A stretch of DNA of 62,862 bases, the filler included, from Choristocarpus tenellus KU-1152 (lineage: Eukaryota; Protista; Phaeophyceae): the NCBI GenBank assembly GCA_964200185.2. It is 11 parts of 11 records of this genome, joined end to end, with 100 filler letters (N's around TTAATTAATTAA, not from the genome) between each part and the next. Parts side by side here need not be neighbours in the genome. Positions count along the whole stretch, not along the records: positions 1 to 3,289 come from CAXNAD020021005.1; positions 3,390 to 13,940 come from CAXNAD020002862.1; 9 more parts are not named here. One strand, 5' to 3'. The notes below the pieces were generated by a model. That model saw nothing but the letters and a program-made list of their open reading frames with translations, made no database searches and was not told the origin of the DNA. This document shows, one piece after another, positions 1 to 11,400 of the stretch; position 1 is the first letter of the stretch, and each line of letters begins with the position of its first letter. Position numbers and translations under genes: made by a program.

Positions 1-373
1 CATGCAACAAAGTGTAAGAGGGGGGTGCTGGGGGGGGGGGGGATCACAGACTCTGGATGGTATTGAGTTGACTGTCTCTTTGTTGTCTTGCAGTTGTTGC
101 ACATGTTACTGCTCTATTCAAAGTCGTGTGTCCTGCTTTTGGGGGACTGCCTTGCCTTTGCTGATCACCCTCCACCTCCAGTCTTGTCTTGATCTCCCTC
201 GATGGTTGGGTTAGTTTCCTGGTACTCAACAATAGCAATAAAATAATGCATGCAGTCACTTTAAAGGATTTTTTTTTTGTAGGGCGATAAGAGTTAAATG
301 CTGTCTAATCGATTAGCTTGTGTGGTGTATGATTAACTTTTCTGTGTTTTTTTTATTATTCTTGTGAATGAAG

Positions 374-2391
374 ACGTGCGGGCTGAATATGTATGAAGGG
401 TCTACAGGGGACATGAAGAAGCTGGGGGTTCGGGAGTCCTTCAAGAGCAAGCTTCAGGTTAGGGGGAGGGGGGGAGGAGAACATGTGTGCTTGATGTAGA
501 AACTCTTGGTTGCAGAGTTGTTCAGATTACAAGGTTGAGTTACCATCATGTGTGTTAAAATTTGCAAAAGTTGGAACTCTATTAATACGATCATTTTTAT
601 GTCAGAACAAGTGAGAACAAGAGGGTCCACTTTGTCTTTGTGACTTGAAGTAGAGGTTGAATGGTGTTGGTACAAATTCTATGGCGTTTGTTTTTGTAGA
701 TTGATGACACAGAACAGAATTTCAAATTTTGAAATATGTTGATGTTTGGCAAACTTACTGACTGTTTTCCCCCAAGATTTTTGTTCCTTGACCATTGATT
801 ATATCATACTGTCACGTGGATGCTGTTTTTACTCTTAGAGTTTGTTCATTTGTTTCATAATTAAATTATGTTTATTAACACAACCTTGTGTTGGAGTTGT
901 CCTTGGTAATATGGAGTGGTATACTGATGTGAAGTAGAGATTAATGGGATTTTGTAGACATTTTAGTCTCTCTAAAAAAGCCTTTCACATGTAGAATATG
1001 CAAGTACTTCAGACTTAGCCAATTATATTATGATGGTAAAAACTCAAGGTTCTGCTGCTCTATTAGGATGTTTGGGCTAAGGATACATTCGTAGTGCAAA
1101 TATCCACAGTTAGAAAAGATTTGAGATCCCGCCACGAGGTAAGCATTGAGGTATATACCGTCAATTGTCAATATTGTTGATGGTTACTGCAGGTAGTATA
1201 ATTCCATACCCCCAACCACTTCCAGATTTTTTAATTTGTTCACCGGTTTGTAGTGGGAAATTTTTATTACAGCTGTGTCTGTTTGATATTTTTTCTGTTG
1301 TTGGGGGAGTGATGGGCAATGCGTATGTGTACTTGTGCCTTTGTTTACTTGGTTACATCTCATGTGTGATCTCTCATATGTGTGTTATTTTGGGCGTAGT
1401 GATGGTATAATCGTCTCAGCATGGTTTGAAGTGAACATATGGAGGTGGCACAATATTGCTTGGAAGTAGTTGTTGAAAGAAGTGCTACCAGTGTATTGCA
1501 GTATTTGTATTGGTCTATTGAACGGGATGGTGGTGTGTGGAGACTGTGTGATTTTTTGAAGTGCAAATGTATACATAGTATCTGGATGTGATTCTTGATT
1601 GGATTGATGGATAAATGGGCAAGGTGAGAAAAATGATGTATTACCCCCAAAATAGGTGAAGTATATGACTTGATCGGAAAGGAAAAGGCCAGCTTTCGGA
1701 AATGTGTAACCTGTCACCATTATTACAACAGGTGGCAATTTATTTTGAGTTCCTCTGAAAACATGTAGATCGCCCATGCCCTTGATATCTCCATGCAGTT
1801 TTGTGTCAGTCCACCTCTCTGCAAGTACCTAGATGTTGTACCATTACTGATAGCACAACTACTGTAGGGGGTGTTGGTTAAATAAAATTTAGCAGAACAG
1901 GAGTCCATCACTACCCAGACATGTTTTCTGGCCTATTGATTGTTGCGTCCTTGAAGCATCCTGGTGCTTTGGAACTCCATCCCCCCGTCTACCCCTGACT
2001 CTAATTCAATCCTCTTCCCATGTTTTTGTTTGAGCTTTTGAATACTTGGAGGATTGCCGCTGGAGCATCAAGGCTTTTTTTTACTTTTGGATTTTAACTA
2101 TAGCTCATACTTTCTCACTCAATGAAAAGTGTGGAGCAGGAAAAGTGATTGTTCCTTGTGTTGAAGACAGTTTAGCCTATTTATGGTGTACTAGACTGGT
2201 TGGTATCAGGAGAAAATAAAATCATATTTGCAACAAAAACAAAGTTTAAAGTCACAAGGGTGTTGTGCTTATCTATTTGTGTTTTTTTATGCTTGTTGCA
2301 GGTTCTGGTGTCAGCAGCAGAGGCTGCAGAAATGATCCTTCGTGTGGATGATATCATCAAATGCGCCCCACGTCAGAGGCAGCAGCAGTAG
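374..2391 (+). CDS. CCT2: T-complex protein 1 subunit beta (CCT-beta), last two exons (5'-partial)
   Basis: Exons 374-457 (TCGLNMYEGSTGDMKKLGVRESFKSKLQ; AG at 372-373, GT at 458) and 2302-2391 (VLVSAAEAAEMILRVDDIIKCAPRQRQQQ*; polypyrimidine tract plus CAG) join in phase 0. The peptide matches the characteristic CCT-beta C-terminus (GLDM..G..GDM..LG..ES...K.QVL.SA.EAAE.ILRVD.IIK.APR). Confidence 0.93.
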
Positions 2392-3289
2392 TATAATAGC
2401 CAGCACCATATCTACAACGTGCAAAACACTTCGGGGGGGGGGGAGGGAGGGGGGATCCATGACCTTTATCAGGGTAATACCAGGGGAGAGGGCGTGTGGA
2501 AGTGATTGAATGAGGGGTTGTGTGGTTTGTTGCTGGTAGGGTTTGGTTAAAGCAGGAGAGACTTGGTCAAGGGTCACTGATGCCTTCAAGGATAAACAAG
2601 GTAGTGGGAGGGGGTTGGTATCAGAAGTGGTAAGATGCAGCAGCTTTATGATTGCTTGGGGATGAGATGATTCTACTATCGGTTGCTTTTTGCAGTTGTT
2701 CGGCATACAGGGCATTCTTGGTCTCATTTCATGGGGGAGGGGGTGTGAAGGGGAGAGAAGCAGAGGAGAGTATTTGCATTATTCCCTCCCTTGTTTTTCA
2801 TGGTCAATGATGATGACTGACATCAGACAAGTGTCCTTAAGGGGCTGCATCAAACTAGAAATTGTAATAACCTATGACAGGCACGGCATTCAAGATTAAC
2901 GTTTACTTGGAATGATGTGTTGGATACAGAGTTATACAAGAGAATGAAACCCTGCTCTCTCTCTCTCTCCCTCCCTCCCTCTCTTGTAGTTCTATTGACA
3001 TCATTTAAGACAAGGAAGATGAAATTTTGCATGTGGTGCAAGATGTCTCTTGCTTAATGAATGATGGTGTCCATACATGTACAAATAACTCATCACCCCA
3101 CCTGTCTTTGTTGGCTCAAATCCTACCATACAATACTCCTTGCTACTACTGTACAATAGTATCGCTTACCACACATGAACCATGGTGGTACATGAATAGT
3201 AACAGTATTGATGTATTTTGATGTGGGCTTTACCTGGGGGGATGTGTCGGCATCCGTTTTTCACCCTTTTTTCGATTTTCCCTTTTTTG

Positions 3290-3389
3290 NNNNNNNNNNN
3301 NNNNNNNNNNNNNNNNNNNNNNNNNNNNNNNNNTTAATTAATTAANNNNNNNNNNNNNNNNNNNNNNNNNNNNNNNNNNNNNNNNNNNN
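3290..3389. other. Artificial contig linker N44-TTAATTAATTAA-N44 (first of 10 copies)
   Basis: An identical 100-nt spacer with stops in all six frames occurs at 3290-3389, 13941-14040, 29038-29137, 33049-33148, 36324-36423, 43137-43236, 50003-50102, 52862-52961, 55851-55950 and 59287-59386. A separate 10-N gap lies at 32418-32427. Confidence 0.99.
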
Positions 3390-3417
3390 CCCCCCCTCCC
3401 CCCAGATACTTTGACCC
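3390..3417. mobile_element. MITE family A terminus (poly-C + AGATACTTTGACCC), truncated by contig start
   Basis: The same terminus is seen at 55971-55994 and, reverse-complemented, at 62806-62830. Confidence 0.75.
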
Positions 3418-3493
3418 ATCACGTAGAACAACTCCCCCCTACCCACCTGATGAGACCGAAGTGGCATTTACGCTTGGAAGAACAGCAGCAATC

Positions 3494-3673
3494 AACCTCA
3501 CCCAAGAGGGGACTGGAGGTGTCAATTTCGCGCAGGACGGGGATGGAAGTATTGACCTCGCCCAGGAGAGGGCTAGAGGAGTCGACTTCGGATAGGATAA
3601 GGCTGGAGGTATCGACCTAGCTTACGCTGGGACTACAGATGTCGATCGCACCCAAGAGGGGAGTGGTGGGGAT
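3494..3673 (+). repeat. Degenerate 30-bp minisatellite, about 6 units
   Basis: Units start at 3494, 3524, 3554, 3584, 3614 and 3644 (e.g. GACCTCGCCCAGGAGAGGGCTAGAGGAGTC). They read as a 10-aa repeat (NLTQEGTGGV, NFAQDGDGSI, DLAQERARGV, DFG*DKAGGI) with one in-frame stop. Confidence 0.8.
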
Positions 3674-4137
3674 ATCGATCGAGAAGGATTGGTATTGAGG
3701 CTACTACATCAGAGGAGGATGCTGTAGTGATGATTGCGCTTCCCCCTGAGGGGGTTGAAGTGAATGCCATTGTCCCAGAGGGGATTGTAGGGGGGGAGGG
3801 ACCTACCCCAAAGATGCCACCTTGGGTCAACTAGTATGAATGCAACGAATGAATGGACGTGGGTGTTGAGGAACTGGGCGGAAGTAGAGCAATTACCATA
3901 ATCCTAGGGGGGACTGTTGAGGGGGAGGAGCTCGCTTCAGGTATGGAAACTGGTGATATATAACTCGCATCAACAGCAGGCATTGGTGGACCTGATGAGC
4001 TCGCCCAAGGTGGGGCTAGAGCATTTATCATGGCCCCATGGGGCCCAAGTGGTGAGATGCGACCTACTACAAAAGTGGATATCAACCAGATACATACGCA
4101 ACTCGGTCACTGCCATGAAGCGATGGTACGCAGGTAT

Positions 4138-4203
4138 GAGTGAAGGTATCTTATAGAGGGTACGAGGTTTGCCCCTGTTTGTCCATTTGGAGTTTGGCTT
4201 CCC
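4138..4203 (-). mobile_element. Family B (Sola2-like) transposon right end, with a different internal sequence
   Basis: GAGTGAAGGTATCTTATAGAGGGTACGAGGTTTGCCCCTGTTTGTCCATTTGG is the reverse complement of the right end of the copies at 27678-27929, 34286-34555 and 42840-43100. Confidence 0.8.
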
Positions 4204-4204
4204 A

Positions 4205-4880
4205 CAAAAATATATTCGTCATACAAAAGCATAGAGGTGTTCGACCCCAGAGCCGCTTGATTTCCCAGGGGCATCAAGTTAACCGAGCCCAACACCAACC
4301 TCCTGGTCTTCAAATATGTATGTTATCCTCCTTGTTTCGAGTTATGTTGTCATATACTTCTGTGTTGACATCAGCAGCACATACAGCCCTCTTTTCCCCT
4401 TACATAGTTATAAGTACTGACGTGTGGCAGATCGTTTTCGTCAGACACAGAACCTGGTACCTTCACCTTGAAACTTCAGTACCCATGAATTAATAAGATG
4501 AAAACACGAGGGAGGTTTAGTTTGCAGACCTGGAAATCAGCACGTTAAGACCTGCTTCCAAGAAAACAAGCACTGGCTGTCACAAGATACGATGGTCTAA
4601 GTTTCATGTGTATCGTCAATTACTACAACAGCACAACAATATTTTCCCTGTTGCATCGTCAAGTCGTCCTGCCAAGGTACCACCCCAGCATATTCCACAT
4701 CTTGATTGGAAAAGCGCGTGCTCTCTTGCAGCAGTAGAGTAGTGTGTGATGCTATATTGCAGACAAGAGCTCTACGGTTCTACCGTAACATGCAATACTT
4801 CCACAAGAGCTAGGCGATCCAAAAGCCCTCTCTTTTTGGATCAGACTGTGCAGGATAGTCAGGAAATGTCAATATACCAT
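4205..4880 (-). pseudogene. Decayed ubiquitin-specific protease (C19/USP)-like domain, intronless
   Basis: Across frameshifts and stops, motifs appear in USP order: FLTILHSLIQKE, SCLQ(Y), SCDSQC, LNLPRVFILLIH, LYVL, YIFEDQEV, SNTSMLLY. The His box is not recognisable. Confidence 0.5.
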
Positions 4881-5470
4881 GTGTATTGTCAACGTACATT
4901 GCAAATGTTAGCGTAAGAGAATGTCAAAAAACCGACCCATGGTGAGGGGTTGAACTGTCCTTAACTACCGACTCGGCAGAGTGCCAAGTGCCAAACGCAT
5001 CCCACAAGAACCTCAGACAATATCCTATAATCTTGACTTAGGACAGTTTCAATTCACACAACAAAAATGAAATGAACCTACAGGCAACAATGAAGAAATG
5101 ACGAATTTTGTACGTCTTTTGTAATGGTTGTCGACGACAATGGGATCTATCTATATTCTGTACGAAGTGCTCTATCAACAGCTTCTACGCATACTTCTTA
5201 TCTGTATTGAAGTATGGTAATTGGGGCACAAAAAATGTGTGCAACCACGACAAGAAAAGCTCGATCTCCACGTTTGAACATACGATGGATGATTTCCTTT
5301 GATACTGTCGTATATAATGCAAGAGATTTGCAATGCATGCTCCGATTATGGATTACTCAGTAAAAGTAGGTCGAAATACTTCACTGCTGTGAAACGTGCC
5401 TTCCACAGCATTTCAGGTAGCGGTGCAAGCTGCAGCAGAACCCAGTAGATGATGTGTTGCACCCATGCCA

Positions 5471-8400
5471 CTAGTAGTACCTGCTGTACCCTGGGAGTCC
5501 GCGTGGCACTATCTCTGGGACGTCTCTGGCAACTTCTACCCAGGTTACATCATCCACAGCACGGTACACCATTAGGCCGAGCTGGTGACCACGTTCTGGC
5601 ATGGACCACACCCAAGTCTTTAGGAATTTCGACTGATGACACCATTAACGACAAATCAAATATATTTGGTAGGTATTGGTGGTATTAGCAGTGTTGGTAT
5701 ATTGGTAACGGTGGTGAATTGATTGTGTTTTATATGCAAGCTTTTAACAGAAAAGTGACCCATAGGTTCAACTCTTATGCACGTAATGCCAATGCTGGAA
5801 TATCTCCCACAATGAAAAGATATCAATGTGAGAATTTCAATGATCGAGTAATGAGTCAAAGTAAATAGGAGAGGTACCAGAGTTGCATTTTAAGGATGCT
5901 GGCAAATATGTGCAAAATTCAGCATTAAAAAATGGGTATCGGACATTTTCCGAATTGTGTCGAAATGTTTCAAACAATAGAGAAACCAACCCTCAGTCCA
6001 ACTTAGACTTCATCTATAGAAATATAGGAGCATTACAAGAGATTTGAAAACTGACCTATAATGCAGAACAGTAAAAAATATATATGCAACTCGTTTACTT
6101 TGACTCAATCCCAATGCTTAAGCTTGACATTTCAAAGTAGAATATTGTCGAAAAGTGGACTCATTTGATGTTCTAGTTGATATTCATAGGAATATCAACA
6201 ATTGGTAGAGACCATCATCATAGCTAACAGTCAATATCCCACAAAGTATGCAAAATATATGTAAGAACCTGCTAGATGTCGAGCGAAATATAAAATTAAA
6301 AAAAGAAAAAACTGACAACAGCACCATTCTTTGTAGCTGCGATATAAAGTACTATTTTATGAAAAACAGGCAAACATTGTTTTCAGCACTATGTTGTCAC
6401 TGACCCTCTGCCCACGTATGCGAAGTGTATTTAGCACCCAGCCCACAAAGCTAGCCATGTCATCATAGGCCGTGTACTCCCAGCACTTGCGTGTGACATC
6501 CTTGGCCAATTGCACTGAGAAGAACTGGCACATGTACAGGGGTAGTGATGGGTTAGATTTGTAGTCGGCAGCTAGATTGCATTCCTGATCGCACTGTGGT
6601 TTAGGACGTCCTTCAAACACGCAATACTTGACTAGTTGCCTAGAAGTATGATTGAAGGCAGGTAGGGTCTGGTGCTCCATTACTCAAAGAGTATACGTGT
6701 AGGTGGTGGGTGGCTTCAACAACATGACTTCAAGCTCCTAGTGGGCAAGGGAAATATTGCTATGCTGTATTGGGTTAGTTAGAGAGCAATAGGGTATGAC
6801 CACACACAAAACCTTGGGTGTTGTCTGAACTTCTCATGCATGAAAAATAGCAAGTAGTACGTCTGTAACCAATTGAGCCAGTTGAAATTCCCTAATAAAC
6901 AATTGATACTATTCACATACTAATAGCTCCATATACCACGTTTTGTACTGGGAGTACATGAAGAGTTCGTCGACACGATCAGTCGACCGATCATTAAATT
7001 CAGTGTACCTTCAGGGTGGCTGTGCATGTTGGTCAACACAAAATGATGTACATAAGTACGTACAATTTACATGGTATGTGTTGAGCATTATACACAAGAC
7101 CCGAGGTTGAGTTGATTTATGACGTGCTTTGGCAGAGGACAGCATCCTGGGTTGTGTTTTAATATGTAGTATGGCATTAGTGTTACAAAAGGCCTGTGGT
7201 CTCTAATCCGTTGCCTGAGCTACTGGGACTCACAAGCGGAAGCACCCATTACTATATTCATATCCTGTGAGGTTTGTAATCGTTCACACTAACTACCCAT
7301 GAATCCCTCACTTACTTCGAGGTATTTGTCTTCAGTATCACAAGTAAGCACTGGACATCAATCAGCCAATACACGTGGTATATGATGCCATATATCAAAC
7401 ATACAAACAGAATGTTCTTAATACATAACAATATACTTATAATATTTACTCCAAGAATGGTGTCTGTAGTTCGTCAGCAACAACATTGACGCAAGTACAT
7501 AGTCAAAACACAAAATAAGAAGAGGGGCAATTCTGAGGTACTGATGAAGCAGGAAACAGAGACCACTAACTTTCGTGTACGAATGGGGTGTAGTAGCAAA
7601 TGCGACGGAGATTCTGGCCGGTAGAGTCCAAGTATTGAATTTACAACAATGCTTGGAGATTTTATTTTCAATTATCACTAGTGTACTCTTTATACTGAAC
7701 AAAAAGGAAGCTGGGCCTATTGAACACACAATCCTTTCATACCTGATCACTATTGAGCAACTCTAGTGCCGAACGTCTAACACATCTTGGAACCCTACCA
7801 TCTTACCTTCCTTGCGATGGGTGCTGAGTATGTGAACTCCTCGTTCTTCAGGGTCTCCAGAAGTCCTTTTCCAAAGGACATTATCTGTGACTCAAGGTCT
7901 GATAGTGCAATATTGTCAGACTGGAAACCTTTGTCCTTGCCAATGGAGATCGCGTTCACCATGGACTGTATATCTGCTGCATGCTGCATGTGCGCCGCAT
8001 GTTTGCTAGATGGTACGCTCATCTGATAATGAGAGATCAGACCAATGGTTGAAGGAATCAAGGATGAGTGGAGTGCAACATACCCTTCTGACCCGATGGT
8101 GAGGATGGAATTTGTTTCCGGTCGAGTTGGGTGCCACAATGCTTCAAAGTAGTACTGTCCCCGAAAAACGTAAGAGTATGTTGTGTGAGGACACCTTCAC
8201 CATTGACTTCACTCGCAGCTGCTATAGTCTATGGAACTGCTCTCCTCATGGAACTTAGCATGTGTAACATCAATATGTGCTTGAGCTGACTGTTGTAGTA
8301 GATGAGGCTACATGCATATCTCACTCCAAACTATTCATATTACTTTAGAAAGCGTAGCTTTTCGATTGTACTCTAGCAACAGTGTTTCACTGCTTTGGAG

Positions 8401-11400
8401 GGTAACTATATTTGACTTGCGGAATTTCCCTCATGGTCCAAACACTCTCTCCCCAACCCCGATGTACCCCACAATGGTACACAATAATGTTAAATATACA
8501 GCAGTCAGTAGTGCAAAAATACCCTGTATTATACCTTAGACTTCTCCGAGTGTGGTGATCCACAGCTAATCTAATCAGTAGTCAATTGAACAGGATGAGT
8601 AAGGGTATGTCGATTCTCCTAGCTTCTTCAAAGTAGCCCTAACGACGACAATCTACTCACCTCACCGGTCAAAAGGACACAAAATTCTCATGCGATTATA
8701 AAGGAAAACATGTCCATTCTTCCAGCCGATTATGCTTCTCCTTCTCTATAGTGCTCTATCCATTTCCCAAAGCCGCACATTCAAGACTATCCTTCTTTAC
8801 ATAAGGCGAACATCGTTTCAAAAGCAGACAATATTGGAGCTGGATATTGGTACATCTCTTCATAACTTTATCGTTTCTTTTCACCTGTCCAGGGAAAAAC
8901 TCTTCCACGGCAGGGAACAACGCCTTCTCCTTCTGGTTGACAAGAACACCATAGGACAAATTGACCTGGTTCCAAGATTCGACAACTTTGGCAATTGAGG
9001 CAGCGCCGCCAATCCCGGGTTTCATGACCACAGACAGCTTGAGGAGCTCGGTAACCGCAGCCCTGATGGCCTGTCAACGAATAGGCGAGAAAGGTGAGAG
9101 GTGGAAAGTGGGCGTTGGGTGAGCTGAGGAAGATATGTCAATATGCAGTGTTCTAATGATCGGACAATGATGAACACTAGTGATACATGAGGGCAGCGCC
9201 TGGAGGGGTCTGTGCAGGGTGTATCTACCACATGTGGTACCAGAGGCAGTATGGCCGGCGAGGTATCTAGGTGTGTCGTGTGTTAACACGTCAGGCATCT
9301 GGTTGATGGGACAGGTGGGGTCTGAAGTGCGACTGGAATTCTTCCAAAACTTCTAGACCGCCTTCACAAATACTGGTCTGGAGGAGCTATAGTCTTATTA
9401 GATTTACTGAGTGAGCAGATGCTGGAGATCATGTGGATTTAGAATAATCTAAAACACCCCCTTGATCTCTCTGTGACAACCTGTGGCACTCTGCAACCCT
9501 CTGTAGACTAGAGAAAATTCGTTATACAACGAGGCCCATTGGGCGGGGGAGTATGGTGGTCCAGAGTTCCTACATCACAAGCCTCTTGTTTTGTCCATGT
9601 GCACGGTTTGATTTGCTGAGGTCAGGCACTTATACTGAGCAAACATCTACCCCACCCGACTTGTGAGATCCCTATCTCCGCAACATATTGTTTTACTGCT
9701 TAAAGCTCTAGACTAAGCATATTGCGCATCGACCACATCCATTATTAGTTGCTTACAAAACAGGGTATTGTAGAGGCCTATGTACATGTTATTGACATAC
9801 TGAGTTCTTCATTAGGGTATAAATATTTCTGAGTCTCTGAAACAATCTGGGACTGTGGACTTGCATTTTTGTGTCCCATGCTACAGAGCGTGATCAGGAA
9901 CCAGTTGGCTGGTTGCACCTACCTCATGGGAGATCTTCATGAAGGACAGAGGGGACAACTTTGCATGGGGCACGAACAGATGTCTCGCCTTGAGGAGGCC
10001 CACTGTGGACATGGTGAACACCGCATTGGCCAGACATGCTGCTGACAACACAATGATGTAGATGACCTGAGTGTGTCAATGTCGAACCATAATTCAGGAC
10101 GGGTTTGGTAGGTTGTCATTTGGACGAAAGAATAGGATCATATATATCATACAGTGTCTCGAGCGGTCTTCATAGATTGGGATTGAAACAGACCAGGATT
10201 TGTATGTTTCTCTTTGAATAACTTTTGTTGTAGTACGAATATTATCCTGTAATGAAATCACCAGGCAGAAAAAAAAGTGAAAAATCAGTGGAGGGGGAGG
10301 GGGAGTGTATAGCATATTGGTGGTGAGTACATCAGGCCCGCACAACACCAATGTTGTTTCCATTTTCTCGTGCGTGACCAAAGTTGTTTCGTATTGAAAG
10401 AAGCACCAAACCTGCATCGCAAGGAAAGATAGAGGAGTCACAACAACGAACATTTCCCATTTTGTGTCAGGTATGGAGCTGCATTACCATCGCATACCTA
10501 GGCTACTCCACAAGCACTTCATACTTCGAAGTAGTAAGTCTTTGAATCAGAGGGATGAATTATTTCCCACCTGCATCGTGTCATACTTCGTGTGAGTGTA
10601 CGCTGTCACAGAAGCAGCTGCCAGGGCATCAAGGGGGAATGCAAAGACCCAATTGTTCATATTGAACTTGCCCTCGACAAAGAAGTTCAGTGGCCATACA
10701 CAGGCAGCAAGCACCAAGGCCAGGAAGAGGGCCGAGTCTGCACGAAACAAAAGTACAAAAAATTGTGGTTGTATGTGGAGAGCAAGGGAAGTAGGAACTG
10801 GGTTGGAGGGAGGGGCATTAGAATTCTGATACATCGACGAGATCATTGACCAGATACCTGCACTAACTTTGTGGGACAGATGGGAGGTTGCCTGCAAAAG
10901 ATGCTACCATCAACACACATTAGAACAATGGAGGAGTGGTGTATGTTCAGCTGGTATGCAGGTTCAAAAATAAGGACAATTTATTGAGTCATTGACTGAA
11001 AGTCAGATTGGATTTCCAGTTTAAACGTGTCTCTCGTATTCCGCCATCTGTACCCAACTTTGCAGTGTAACAATTACAACTCGATTATATTGTCTACACA
11101 TTCATGATCTGGGAGTTGGGTGTAGTAGTAGCAACTCGTAAGCTCCCCATTCACTACATCTTGTATGTATTAAAAATAATCACTTAGTGACAGTGCGGTG
11201 TCAGAAGTCTAAGTTTCCTCTCTCTATTTGATAGACATGCCCAAGCACCACATACCAAGTCATCACACTCAGTGGACACAACACATACTCTTTCACTGAG
11301 CTGCCCGATCAACAAGAGGCATCTTTCCGGTGATTGCAGACACACAAGTTTCATATATTCAAGTACTGAGTATCTTTGACTTTTCTACAAAACGACGAAC

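Noticed and set aside
3334-3345. TTAATTAATTAA as a biological motif or TTAA target site
   Set aside because: It is always centred in 44+44 Ns, so it is a synthetic six-frame stop linker.
3494-3673. CRISPR-like array (30-bp period)
   Set aside because: It is a degenerate tandem repeat without repeat-spacer alternation.
10094-10453. ORF containing TPLSFLAMQ as a duplicate of the PLSFMK exon
   Set aside because: The true exon is 9923-10066, which keeps the frame and supplies the last TM helix. This stretch is intronic and the match is short.
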